From Candidatus Cloacimonadota bacterium (GTDB lineage: Bacteria > Cloacimonadota > Cloacimonadia > Cloacimonadales > Cloacimonadaceae), in assembly GCA_020532085.1 (NCBI GenBank), contig JAJBAV010000013.1, forward strand, positions 5,565 through 69,564: a stretch of DNA of 64,000 nucleotides, given 5' to 3'. The notes beneath the pieces are model-generated. The model was given only the letters and a program-made list of their open reading frames with translations, searched no databases and had not been told where the DNA came from. The first letter of the stretch is position 1. Every line of letters starts with the position of its first letter. Positions 17,460 through 27,356 of this stretch are shown here, piece by piece. A program made the translations under genes and the position numbers.

Positions 17460-18549
17460 ACAGACCAAATTCATGCGTCGGGCCCTGAAGGCCGCCGAAA
17501 AAGCGCGCGGGACCTGTTCTCCCAATCCCTTTGTGGGGGCCGTGATCGTTAAGAACGGCAGGGTGATCGGAGAAGGCTGGACCCAGCATTACGGAGGCGA
17601 CCACGCCGAGGTGCAGGCCCTTGCCAAGGCGGGAAAGCAGGCCCGGGGCGCGGACATGTATGTAACCCTGGAACCCTGCGCCCACCAGGGCAAAACCCCG
17701 CCCTGCACCCAGGCCATCATCGCGGCCGGGATCAGCCGGGTTTTCCTGGGCATCCTGGACCCCAACCCCCTGGTGCACGGCAAAGGCGTGCTGCATTTGC
17801 AGGAGGCCGGCATCGAAGTGATCCCCGGGGTTTTGACCGCGGAAGCAACCCGCCAGCTGGAATACCACCTCTGCCACGTGCGCAAGCGCCGACCCTTCGT
17901 GATCTGGAAGGCCGCGCTGTCGTTGGACGGCAAATACGCCGCGCAGGACGGCTCTTCGCGCTGGATCAGCGGCGCGACATCCCGCGAACACACTCACCGG
18001 CTGCGCCAGGAAGCCGATGTGGTGCTCACCGGCATCGGCACCGTTTTATGCGATGATCCGCTGCTCAACGTTCGCCTCGAAGACGCCTTAAAACAGCCGC
18101 TGCGTGCGGTTTTGGACCCTCTGCTGAAACTGCCTCCGGATTCACGCATCGCCCGCAGCATGCACGATATCCCCACCGTCATCTTCTGCGCGCGGGGCAA
18201 GGAAGGAACGATGCGGGCCAAAATCCTGATCGCGCTGGGCGCGAAAATCCACCCGGTTACGGCGATGGGCGAGATCCTGAGCCTGAAAGAGGTGCTGGGC
18301 ATCCTCTATCAGCAGGGACATTGCCTGGTGCTGCTGGAATGCGGCAGCAAACTGGCCTCGGGCTTTTTCGCGGCGCGCCTGGTGGATAAATGCCACATCT
18401 ATTACGGACCCAAACTCCTGGGCGGCAACAAAGCCATGCTGGCGGAACTCGCCCTGCCCGACATTTCCGCCGCTCTGGCCCTCCGGGACATGACCTGCCA
18501 GCCCAGCGGCGAGGACCTGCTGGTGACGGGCTATCCGGTTTATGAGTAG
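17419..18549 (+). CDS. ribD: Bifunctional riboflavin biosynthesis deaminase/reductase RibD
   Basis: CMP/dCMP deaminase zinc motifs HAEVQAL and TLEPCAHQGKTPPC, plus a RibD C-terminal reductase domain. An alternative start is at 17473. Confidence 0.9.
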   Translation: MNPRSKTLSVTPAEQTKFMRRALKAAEKARGTCSPNPFVGAVIVKNGRVIGEGWTQHYGGDHAEVQALAKAGKQARGADMYVTLEPCAHQGKTPPCTQAIIAAGISRVFLGILDPNPLVHGKGVLHLQEAGIEVIPGVLTAEATRQLEYHLCHVRKRRPFVIWKAALSLDGKYAAQDGSSRWISGATSREHTHRLRQEADVVLTGIGTVLCDDPLLNVRLEDALKQPLRAVLDPLLKLPPDSRIARSMHDIPTVIFCARGKEGTMRAKILIALGAKIHPVTAMGEILSLKEVLGILYQQGHCLVLLECGSKLASGFFAARLVDKCHIYYGPKLLGGNKAMLAELALPDISAALALRDMTCQPSGEDLLVTGYPVYE

Positions 18550-18634
18550 CTTTGTTCCGGTTCTGGATTATCCTGTAAACGAGGCCGCCACCGTGGCCGC
18601 AACCGATATCTCAAGCCTATTCAAGGAGGAATAG

Positions 18635-19030
18635 ATGAAAATAGTACATTTTGACCAAGTCGCGCTGGAACCCGTTCACGCCGAAGGGGCCGAGGGGACC
18701 ATGATCCGCTGGCTGATCGCCCAGAAAGACGGCGCTCCGAATTTCGCCCTGCGGATGTTCGAAGTGGAGCCCCAGGGCCACACTCCTTTCCACGTGCACG
18801 ATTGGGAGCATGAGGTCTTTGTGCTCTCCGGCACCGGGGTGCTGCAAACCGAAAGAGGCGATCTGCCCTTCGCCGCCAACGACGCCATCTATGTGGATCC
18901 CGGCATGAGTCACGCTTTCAAGAACACCGGCACGGAGCTGATGAAATTCCTCTGCATCATCCCCCACGAACAGCCGGTGCAGAAAAAGACCCTCAACCCT
19001 TTCGCGGACGAATCCGCCAACAACTGTTAG
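18635..19030 (+). CDS. Cupin domain protein
   Basis: 131 aa. Cupin motifs GHTPFHVHDWEHEVFVLSG and YVDPGMSHAFKN. AAGGAGG RBS. Confidence 0.75.
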   Translation: MKIVHFDQVALEPVHAEGAEGTMIRWLIAQKDGAPNFALRMFEVEPQGHTPFHVHDWEHEVFVLSGTGVLQTERGDLPFAANDAIYVDPGMSHAFKNTGTELMKFLCIIPHEQPVQKKTLNPFADESANNC

Positions 19031-19039
19031 GAACTGATA

Positions 19040-20101
19040 ATGCCAAACGCGAAGAACCTCAAATTCCTCAAAGACCTTGTTTCCGCGCCCAGCCCCTCCG
19101 GCTTTGAAGCGCCTGCCCAAGCCGTGGTGCGGGATTACCTGAAACCCGTGGCCGACAAGATCACCCTGGACCGCAACGGCAACCTCATCGCCCTCAAAAA
19201 AGGCAGCGGCAAGCTGAAAGTGATGGTGGTTGGGCATGCCGACGAGATCGGCCTGATCGTGAACCACATCGACGAACAGGGCTACCTCTACGTGAAATCC
19301 CTGGGCGGTTTCGACGTCAACCTGCTGCCCGGCCTGCGTCTGGACATCTATCACCAGGGCAAAGTGGTGCGCGGGATCATCGGCAAAAAGCCCATTCACA
19401 TGATGCGCGGCAGCGACGACAACCCCAAACTGAAAATGGAAGACCTCTGGATCGACATCGGCGCCTCCAGCAAGGAAGAGGCCCTGAAGAAAGTCGCCAT
19501 CGGCGACGTGATCACCTATCACAGCGTGTTTGAACACCTGTCCGACGACCTGATCGTCTCCAAAGCCACCGACAACAAGGTGGGGGTCTATGTGGCCGCG
19601 GCGGTGATGCAGGAACTGGCCAAGAAAGCCCTCAAAGCCTCTTATTACGCCGTTGCCAGTGTGGGCGAGGAAACCACGATGCGGGGAGCCCGCACCAGCG
19701 CCTGGCAGATCGAGCCCGATATCGCCATCGCCGTGGACGTGACCTTCACTTCAGACATCCCCGGCGCGGACAAACGCGTCTTCGGAGACGTGGCCCTGGC
19801 CAAGGGCCCCACCCTCAGCATCGGCGCTGCTATGCATCCGGCCGTGCACAAGCGGCTGCTTGAAGTGGCCAAAAAACACAAGCTTCCCATCCAGATCGAG
19901 ATCGCCCCGGGCCGCACCGGAACAGACGCCGACGCCATCCACGACCTCAAAGGAGGTGCCGCGATGGCCGTGGTCGGCATCCCCAACCGCTATATGCATT
20001 CGCCCAACGAAGTGATCTCGCTCAAGGACCTGGACGCCGCGGTTAAACTGATCACGGAGTTCGTGCTCTCACTGGACGACAAATTCAAGCTGGAGCGCTG
20101 A
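19040..20101 (+). CDS. M42 family metallopeptidase (glutamyl aminopeptidase/CelM-like)
   Basis: 353 aa. M42 motifs VGHADEIGL, DNKVGV, VGEETTMRGA and IPNRYMHSPNE. Confidence 0.85.
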   Translation: MPNAKNLKFLKDLVSAPSPSGFEAPAQAVVRDYLKPVADKITLDRNGNLIALKKGSGKLKVMVVGHADEIGLIVNHIDEQGYLYVKSLGGFDVNLLPGLRLDIYHQGKVVRGIIGKKPIHMMRGSDDNPKLKMEDLWIDIGASSKEEALKKVAIGDVITYHSVFEHLSDDLIVSKATDNKVGVYVAAAVMQELAKKALKASYYAVASVGEETTMRGARTSAWQIEPDIAIAVDVTFTSDIPGADKRVFGDVALAKGPTLSIGAAMHPAVHKRLLEVAKKHKLPIQIEIAPGRTGTDADAIHDLKGGAAMAVVGIPNRYMHSPNEVISLKDLDAAVKLITEFVLSLDDKFKLER

Positions 20102-20123
20102 GCGATCCAGCCCTGATAAATAT

Positions 20124-20157
20124 CCAAGCCCGCTGAAGAGCCCTTCGGCGGGCTTGG
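20124..20157 (+). terminator. Hairpin after the M42 peptidase gene (terminator-like, weak T tract)
   Basis: CCAAGCCCGC-...-GCGGGCTTGG 10-bp stem. Duplicated at about 22476-22510. Confidence 0.4.
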
Positions 20158-20314
20158 CATTGACTCACACAATCTTATTATTGGCCTGCGCGTCGTTTCG
20201 GTGAGTCGCAGGAAGCAACAGAAGGCTGTGACCGAAATTCCTTGACGCATATATGTTCAATATTTAGGGAGTATCAAAGGAATAAATGCCAGGTTGAATT
20301 TCAAGGCAGGAAAC

Positions 20315-21955
20315 ATGAAAGTTACAAAGTTTGTTTTGGTTGTATTGCTACAGATCTGGTTTTGTGGTTTATCAGGCCAGAATCATCTGGACGTGATGGC
20401 AATTCTACAGGGTGAACCAAACACTTTAGGCATGGGGCGTGGCATGGCGGCGCTGGATTTCAACGGAGACGGAATCAAAGACCTAGCTGTTTTGCAGCGC
20501 AACAATCCGCGCTTTGAAGACATAGGAACCTATGATTATGGCAGGATTTTCTGTCTCTATGGCGGAACAGATTTCGATACAGAGGCAGACTTTGTTATCT
20601 ATGGCGCTCCGCATGATTACTTCAATTCTGGCAGTCTGAAAAACGCAGGTGACGTGAATGGCGATGGATTTGAAGACCTGACCGCGATCCGTCAGATCAA
20701 TGCTGGAACCATGGATGCGATATACCGGATCTGCGTCTATTTTGGCGGGGAGCAGCCTTCTACAACACCTGGGCTGCTGTTTGACCATCCCGCCTATTGG
20801 ATGCAGGGTCAGTATGTAGATTGGTCGGAAGTATTCGCCCTGGGCGATATTAACGGAGACGGTTTTGACGATCTGGGTTTGGTTACTAAGTGGAATAATC
20901 CAGACAAATTTAAACTCGACATCATGTTTGGTGGATCATATCAGCTCTATACTATCTATGAAACAACAACTGATATTATGGGATACGCTCGGATCAATGG
21001 AGTTGGCGATGTTAACTATGACGGTTTTGATGACTTCATCCTAGCATATGCCAATAATAGTAATCATGAAGATGTCGACGTTGATCTCTACTATGGCTGT
21101 CGGGACATCTCAATGTGTGAGGTGGTCAATCTGGTCTCAGATAGCAGTATCGATTATGCAGTAAAACCCCTAGCGGCGGGAGACGTCAACGGTGATGGAT
21201 ATGCAGACTTTTTAGGCAGGTTCATTCGTGAAGGGACTGATTATTATGGTGCTTTGTGGTTGGGCGGAGAAACGCTATTTCCGGTCTTTGACGTGGAACT
21301 GCGTCCGGATTATTTCGGTTTCGGGTGGGCAGATATTGGTTTTACCTTCGGTGACCTGAACGGGGATGGCAATGACGACCTGATCGGCTCTAAGTACACC
21401 GCCTACGCGGATGATGGAGCAGCGGTCATCTGGCTGGGTAAAAGGCATTTCAACGGCACGCATGACCTGTTGCTGCGGCGTCCTGCAAGCGTTGCCGTGT
21501 ATTCCAGCTTTGGCTATGCCATGGCGGCAGGAGATTTCAATGCCGATGGACTGGACGACTTGGCAATTAGCGCATCCCACCGCCCACCGGGACTATCCGA
21601 CACTCCCGGTGCCTTGATCATCTATGCTGGCAATACCGGATTAGTGGATACCACCGTCGGTGTGGATGACGATCTCAACTCTGCCATTGACGCACAAGAA
21701 AGGGTCAGTGTATTTCCCAATCCAGCAAGGGAAACAGTTACGCTCAGATTTGAAGGCGAGAAACTGCGAAAAAGCAAAAATAGAGAGATCAGGTTGTTTA
21801 ACATCAAAGGGCAGTTACTACAGGAATACTCAGACATAGCGGGCAATGATGAGTTCAAGATCACATTGAACCCCTTGCCAACAGGAGTTTACTTGCTTGA
21901 TGTGAGTGTGGATGCTATCAGTGTCGCCTCGACAAAACTACTAATTAGCAAATAA
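20315..21955 (+). CDS. FG-GAP/VCBS-repeat protein with T9SS C-terminal sorting domain (paralog 1)
   Basis: Signal peptide, repeated GDVNGDGFDD/GDFNADGLDD calcium-binding FG-GAP motifs, and a C-terminal FPNPA...LLDV...KLLISK T9SS-type CTD. Confidence 0.8.
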   Translation: MKVTKFVLVVLLQIWFCGLSGQNHLDVMAILQGEPNTLGMGRGMAALDFNGDGIKDLAVLQRNNPRFEDIGTYDYGRIFCLYGGTDFDTEADFVIYGAPHDYFNSGSLKNAGDVNGDGFEDLTAIRQINAGTMDAIYRICVYFGGEQPSTTPGLLFDHPAYWMQGQYVDWSEVFALGDINGDGFDDLGLVTKWNNPDKFKLDIMFGGSYQLYTIYETTTDIMGYARINGVGDVNYDGFDDFILAYANNSNHEDVDVDLYYGCRDISMCEVVNLVSDSSIDYAVKPLAAGDVNGDGYADFLGRFIREGTDYYGALWLGGETLFPVFDVELRPDYFGFGWADIGFTFGDLNGDGNDDLIGSKYTAYADDGAAVIWLGKRHFNGTHDLLLRRPASVAVYSSFGYAMAAGDFNADGLDDLAISASHRPPGLSDTPGALIIYAGNTGLVDTTVGVDDDLNSAIDAQERVSVFPNPARETVTLRFEGEKLRKSKNREIRLFNIKGQLLQEYSDIAGNDEFKITLNPLPTGVYLLDVSVDAISVASTKLLISK

Positions 21956-22011
21956 GGAGAGATTCATGTGCAATAAGATGTGTATGGCGGTAGTCATTTT
22001 CGCCAGGGGAT

Positions 22012-22449
22012 TTGGGTTACAGCATTTACAACATCCGGGGACAGGTAGTGTTTTCCGGCAAGCTCTCCGGGCAAACGAGGGAGCAGATCTTTGAGCTTCC
22101 TGCCGAGGCTTTGGAACGCATGCCCAGCGGTGTTTACCTGATTAGTTTGGAGAGGGGAAACAACACCATCGCCACTGCCATGCATCCGGCTGTGCATGCG
22201 CGGTTGCTGGATGTGGCTAAGAAACACAAGCTTCCCATCCAGATCGAGATCGCCCCGGGCCGCACCGGAACAGACGCCGACGCCATCCACGACCTCAAAG
22301 GAGGTGCCGCGATGGCCGTGGTCGGCATCCCCAACCGCTACATGCATTCGCCCAACGAAGTGATCTCGCTCAAAGACCTGGACGCCGCGGTGAAACTTAT
22401 CACGGAGTTCGTGCTCTCCCTGGGCGACAAATTCAAGCTGGAGCGCTGA
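22012..22449 (+). pseudogene. Chimeric remnant: T9SS CTD fragment fused to a duplicated 3' end of the M42 peptidase gene
   Basis: The first 56 aa match the CTD of the paralog at 22675-24279. From MHPAVH onward (22180) it is a near-identical copy of the last 90 codons of the M42 gene (19832-20101). Confidence 0.7.
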
Positions 22450-22674
22450 GCGAACCAGCCTAAACCGATAAATATCCAAGCCCGCTGAAGAGCCCTTTCG
22501 CGGGCTTGGCATTGACTCACACAATCTCATTATTGGCCTGCTCGTCATTCCGGCGAATCGCAGGAAGCAACAGAAGGCTGTGACCGAAATTCCTTGACGC
22601 ATATATGTTCAATTTTTAGGATGTACCAAAGAAACAAAAGATAGTCCGACAGTCATGAAATCGATGGAGGAACA

Positions 22675-24279
22675 ATGAGTAATATGCGCAGTGCAACTCT
22701 TTTGATCCCATTGCTATTGTCCATAACCCTCCTAAATGCAATAAACGATATGCCCGTCATCGCTGCCTTTCAGGGCGAACATCACAATTCTATGTACGGA
22801 TATTCAATGGTATCTCTGGATTTCAACCATGATGGATTAGATGATCTGGCAGTATGCTCTTTTTCTTACGGATATGAGTACGGTATCACACCGACAAGAG
22901 GTAAGATATATATCTATTATGGTGGAGTAGGTTTCAATTCCTCCACACCAGCCAGTATAACAATCGAAGGCACATATGCTAATATTGTGGGCAGACAGAT
23001 TAGAGGTATCTTTAAAGTCGGTGATATCAGTGGTGATGGCTTTGAAGATCTCTGCATGTATGTAGAAGACCACATATCCTGGAACGAGAGCTATAAGAAA
23101 CTGCTCTTTTTCTATGGTGGAACCACCAATCTGGAGAATCCCGATTATGTGCTCAATGTGTATGGAAGTGTATACACTTTTTTTAGGATATTACCCCTTG
23201 GCGATGTAAATGGAGACGGCTTAGGAGATATGGGGTTCTATTACCTGCACTCTCCTTCTTACCTGAATAGACTATCAATCATCTGGGGAGGATCATTTCA
23301 AGAACATGTAGTTTCTAATGGGGAAGCAAGTTATTCTTATTCATGTTCAATCCATGGTATCGGTGACATCAACAACGATGGCTACGCTGATTTTACCACG
23401 GCATTTGCCACCCCGTCTTCAGATCCCACCCACAATCTGATTCGGCTCTATTATGGCAATGCCGCCGGGAATACTGATAATCCAATCACACTCATCTATT
23501 GCCAGTATGGAGTATCCAGAGGCAGCAAGCCGCTGGGAGACATGAATGCCGATGGCTATGACGACTTCATGGGCTACATTACGGATGAGGGGATGCATGC
23601 CTGGCTGGGTGGAACCAATATCAACTACGCTGTACCTGATTTTGATATGGACCCACCCTGGTATGGCGGGGAGTTCCAACGCTCTTTGGAGCATGGTGAC
23701 TTTAATAACGACGGTTATGAAGACGCGGTTGGAGCGAGCTTTGGGAGCGGGTTCGCGGTTTGGCTAGGCAGGCAAAACGTAAATGGAACTGCTGACATGA
23801 TCAAGAACAATCCCGGATATGAGAACTACGGCTATAGTCTGGTAACCGGAGATTTCAATGCCGATGGTTATGACGATATAGCCATAGCCGCATCACATGA
23901 ATACGATCCCTGGCCAAGCGGTAACTTCAATGGATATGTATGGGTATTTGGAGGTAATGCCCAGCTTGAGGACACAACCGTGGCTAGCGATGATCAGGTT
24001 GCGCCTATACCGGAGGCATTCATCAGGGTTTTTCCTCAACCGGCAAGCAGCAAAGTAATAGTATCAGTCAAAAGCGAACAGGCAGGGGATTTGGGCTACA
24101 GCATTTATAATATCCGGGGACAGATAGTGTTTTCCGGCAAGCTCAATGGTAATAACAAAGAGCAGATCTTTGAGCTTCCGAACGAGGCTTGGGAACGCAT
24201 GCCCAGCGGTGTTTACCTGATTAGTTTGGAGAGGGGAAACAGCACCATCGCCACTGCCAGGCTGGTGGTGGCCAAGTGA
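22675..24279 (+). CDS. FG-GAP-repeat protein with T9SS C-terminal sorting domain (paralog 2)
   Basis: 534 aa. Signal peptide, GDISGDGFED/GDVNGDGLGD/GDINNDGYAD repeats, CTD ending RLVVAK. GGAGGA RBS. Confidence 0.8.
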   Translation: MSNMRSATLLIPLLLSITLLNAINDMPVIAAFQGEHHNSMYGYSMVSLDFNHDGLDDLAVCSFSYGYEYGITPTRGKIYIYYGGVGFNSSTPASITIEGTYANIVGRQIRGIFKVGDISGDGFEDLCMYVEDHISWNESYKKLLFFYGGTTNLENPDYVLNVYGSVYTFFRILPLGDVNGDGLGDMGFYYLHSPSYLNRLSIIWGGSFQEHVVSNGEASYSYSCSIHGIGDINNDGYADFTTAFATPSSDPTHNLIRLYYGNAAGNTDNPITLIYCQYGVSRGSKPLGDMNADGYDDFMGYITDEGMHAWLGGTNINYAVPDFDMDPPWYGGEFQRSLEHGDFNNDGYEDAVGASFGSGFAVWLGRQNVNGTADMIKNNPGYENYGYSLVTGDFNADGYDDIAIAASHEYDPWPSGNFNGYVWVFGGNAQLEDTTVASDDQVAPIPEAFIRVFPQPASSKVIVSVKSEQAGDLGYSIYNIRGQIVFSGKLNGNNKEQIFELPNEAWERMPSGVYLISLERGNSTIATARLVVAK

Positions 24280-24300
24280 TTTGAGAAAGGTGTGAAAGTC

Positions 24301-25902
24301 ATGATGCACTCTAAGTCAATCCGAGTTTGCATACTCTTGGCAGTGTGTATTTTTGTTTCCATACAGCTTTGGAGCATAAGCGACATGCCTCTCATGGCAG
24401 AATTTGCAGGAGAGCATCATTGCTCTAAGTTTGGTCATACTAATGTAAGTCTTGATTTCAATCATGATGGATACGATGATCTGATAGTGTGGTCATTTGC
24501 TTGGAATTACGATCCCAATGCAGGAGTCGTTGCGCTTGGGAAAGTAGATGTTTACTTCGGAGACCCCGGTTTTAGTTTCGCAACCCAGCCAATCCAGAGC
24601 TACGAAGGTTATTTTATTGATGGTTCTGGTACGGGAGCATACAGACGGGTATGGGAGCCATACAACTTTGGAGATCTGAACGGAGATGGTTATGATGATC
24701 TTGGCATAGAGGACATGATTCCTTTTTCAAGTAAGCGGTTACTGATCTTTAACAGCGGACCGGAAGCGAATATCCTGAATCCGGATCACATCATCGACCT
24801 GCCATATACAGATTTTTACTGGGATCGGCTGGGAGATGTAGATGGAGATCGTTATGATGATATCGGAGTTTATTATCGCCAACCTCCAGGAAACATTCGT
24901 CGGCAGATAATTATCTGGGGTGGCTCTTTTCAGTGGCAGACAGTTGATACCAGTCTCATTTATCCAGACCCGGGTTCGCATATCAACGGGATTGGCGACA
25001 TTAACAACGATGGGTTTTATGATATTTCAGTATCATATTGGGGTTGGGGGACTGATGAAACAAATGACAGATATATTTATTATGGGAACAGCCAAAGAGA
25101 ATTTGTAAACCCTATTGTGCTCTTTCAGTCACCATTTTTCTACACCGCATTGAGTAGAGCCCTGGGAGACCTGAATGATGATGGCTACCACGATTTTTTT
25201 GGTTGTGCAGATACTGAAGGGATGAAAATTTGGTTCGGCTCGGACAATTTCAGTTCCTTCCAGCCTCCCAACCTCCTATTGAATCCTATTTATTATGGTA
25301 ATTCCCTGGCAAAGGGTGTAAAGTTTGGTGATGTTAACGGAGATGGTTACGATGACGTAGTTGCGGCCAGCTACAGCCAAAGGCGTTTTGCGGTGTGTTT
25401 GGGTGGCAATAATATGAATGCTGAGGCCGACTTTACCAAATACAGAAACCAGTCATATTATGGCCATGGTGTGGCAGTAGGAGATTTTAACGCCGATGGC
25501 TATGATGATGTGGCAATAGGAGCTCCAGGTCAAGATCCTCAGCATGAAGGCTTCAATCCTGGTTATGTGTACGTGTATGCTGGCAATGCGCAAATGGTCA
25601 GCAATCTGGATGAAACGCTGCCTCCTTTGGATAATCACTTGCAAGTAAGTGTTTACCCCAATCCGGTAAGGTCATCGGAGTTTGTTACGCTCAGATATGA
25701 AGGCGAGTCATTGAGGAAAAGTAAACATCGTGAGATCAGGTTATTCAATATCAAGGGGCAGTTATTGCATGAATACTCCGATATTCAGGGTAAAGACGAG
25801 TTCAGATTCACGCTGAACCCCTTGCCAACAGGAGTTTACTTGCTTGATGTGAGTGTGGATGCTATCAGTGTCGCCTCGACAAAACTACTAATTAGCAAAT
25901 AA
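24301..25902 (+). CDS. FG-GAP-repeat protein with T9SS C-terminal sorting domain (paralog 3)
   Basis: Signal peptide, GDLNGDGYDD-type repeats, and a CTD whose last ~90 nt are identical to paralog 1. Confidence 0.8.
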   Translation: MMHSKSIRVCILLAVCIFVSIQLWSISDMPLMAEFAGEHHCSKFGHTNVSLDFNHDGYDDLIVWSFAWNYDPNAGVVALGKVDVYFGDPGFSFATQPIQSYEGYFIDGSGTGAYRRVWEPYNFGDLNGDGYDDLGIEDMIPFSSKRLLIFNSGPEANILNPDHIIDLPYTDFYWDRLGDVDGDRYDDIGVYYRQPPGNIRRQIIIWGGSFQWQTVDTSLIYPDPGSHINGIGDINNDGFYDISVSYWGWGTDETNDRYIYYGNSQREFVNPIVLFQSPFFYTALSRALGDLNDDGYHDFFGCADTEGMKIWFGSDNFSSFQPPNLLLNPIYYGNSLAKGVKFGDVNGDGYDDVVAASYSQRRFAVCLGGNNMNAEADFTKYRNQSYYGHGVAVGDFNADGYDDVAIGAPGQDPQHEGFNPGYVYVYAGNAQMVSNLDETLPPLDNHLQVSVYPNPVRSSEFVTLRYEGESLRKSKHREIRLFNIKGQLLHEYSDIQGKDEFRFTLNPLPTGVYLLDVSVDAISVASTKLLISK

Positions 25903-25958
25903 GGAGAGATTCATGTGCAATAAGATGTGTATAGCGGTAGTCATTTTCGCCAGGGGAT

Positions 25959-26147
25959 TTGGGTTACAGCATTTACAACATCCGGGGACAGGTAGTGTTT
26001 TCCGGCAAGCTCTCCGGGCAAACGAGGGAGCAGATCTTTGAGCTTCCTGCCGAGGTTTTGGAACGCATGCCCAGCGGTGTTTACCTGATTAGTTTGGAGA
26101 GGGGAAACAGCACCATCGCCACTGCCAGGCTGGTTGTAGCCAAGTAA
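25959..26147 (+). pseudogene. Orphan T9SS CTD fragment
   Basis: 62-aa ORF homologous to the last ~60 aa of paralog 2, with no upstream domain. It has the same spacer and fragment as found after paralog 1. Confidence 0.6.
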
Positions 26148-26324
26148 CCTGAGGAATTATAGATTCCGGTTCTGGCCACCCCAAAGGGGACCCCGGCTGC
26201 CAAGAATGACACCCAGGGCAGGTGGGTAAGGAATCGGCTGTCATCGATGCTCCTACGTCGCTCGACTCCAACTAGCCACAGGGAAAAAGCCGGTTTCAAC
26301 TCCCATATCCGGTGCCAAGACTGT

Positions 26325-26645
26325 CCCGTGGAATAACCCCGCCTGGCGCGGGGTGCAGCAATATAGGCGGGGGTTTCAACCCCCGTATCATGAAACTGCA
26401 GATTGATTGACGATAATATGCCAGTCCCTCGCTCCAGCACAGGCTGCGCCAGTGCTGGAGGGAGGTGCTGGCTGAATGTTATATGGATTTCCCGGGCTCG
26501 CTTATACGGGGGTTGAAACCCCCGCCTATAGTCCCGCACCCCCTGGCGAGGGGTTTATCCTAAAGTTGTGGCCTTCGCTTATACCGGGGTTGAAACCCCC
26601 GCCCATAGTCCCGCACCCTTCTGGCGAGGGAGTTTCACTGCGATT
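26325..26645. repeat. Palindromic repeat family 3 (GGGGGTTGAAACCCCC hairpin units)
   Basis: Two direct ~60-nt units (about 26500-26560 and 26577-26637) and one inverted unit (about 26330-26392) share CGGGGGTTGAAACCCCCGCC.ATAGTCCCGCACCC..TGGCGAGGG. Confidence 0.7.
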
Positions 26646-27105
26646 TCCAGGCTTTTCTGATCAGCTTTCGCGACACCTTAACCCTTGCCCTGCAGCCTGC
26701 CAAGGCAGGGCTATGATCGAATGCAGGACCCATCACGCCAAGCGGCCTCAACCGAATGAAGCTTTTCTTAGGAGCTTGTCCCGTGTATACCTGATAAAAT
26801 CCCGGAATAGTAATACCATAAATCCATCTAAAGTGTTTTTGATCAACTAACATGGAAAGGGAATGGCTTGATCTGGCTTGGTTCGCCGTACGGAAAAACT
26901 GTTGATCAGGGCCCGTTTGGATATGCGGGAAACAAGGCATCTTGAACTTGGAAGCTTTCACCGACTCACAATGCTATATTGGCTTTTGATCTGTTTTAAC
27001 AAGGGATCAGAGCTCATCCGCGCAAATATCAGTTGACGCAAAAGCCGCCCTGGTATTTGTGGATTTATCATGGCAAGATATAATTGAGAATAAACCAAGG
27101 AGATA

Positions 27106-27288
27106 ATGATGTCCAAAGACAACCGTCGTGGCAAAGGTGTGAAAAACCTCCCTCAGCACGGGCGGGGTGAATGCCCTGTCTGCCACCGCACCGGGATCAA
27201 GTTGCTCAACGAGATCAAGGTCGGCGACAAGACCGTCAAAGTTTGCAAGAACTGTAAGAACATTGCCGCCGAGCGCCTCAGCGCCTGA
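27106..27288 (+). CDS. Small zinc-ribbon protein (CxxC...CxxC), function unknown
   Basis: 60 aa, AAGGAG RBS, basic N-terminus, CPVC...CKNC. A TATAAT box lies at 27079-27084 upstream. Confidence 0.55.
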   Translation: MMSKDNRRGKGVKNLPQHGRGECPVCHRTGIKLLNEIKVGDKTVKVCKNCKNIAAERLSA

Positions 27289-27356
27289 CGCGGCCCCTAT
27301 TCTGGAGATTCAGATCGCCCCTTGCCGAGCTTTTGGGGTGATCTGATTTTTTTTTG

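Noticed and set aside
17380-17480. FMN riboswitch upstream of ribD
   Set aside because: ribD begins inside or immediately after the preceding TPR gene, so there is no leader region to accommodate a riboswitch.
22012-22449. Possibility that this ORF is a functional short peptidase paralog
   Set aside because: It contains only the last ~90 residues of the M42 fold, lacks the metal-binding N-terminal and central motifs, and is fused to a sorting-domain fragment. It is best explained as a duplication scar.
21990-26147. Diversity-generating retroelement (template/variable repeat) explanation for the near-identical CTD copies
   Set aside because: Differences between copies are not adenine-specific (they include C/T and G/A changes and multi-base blocks). 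No reverse transcriptase gene is present.
26081-26539. 152-aa minus-strand ORF downstream of the FG-GAP array
   Set aside because: It spans the orphan CTD fragment in antisense and the hairpin-repeat family 3 units, and has no motifs.
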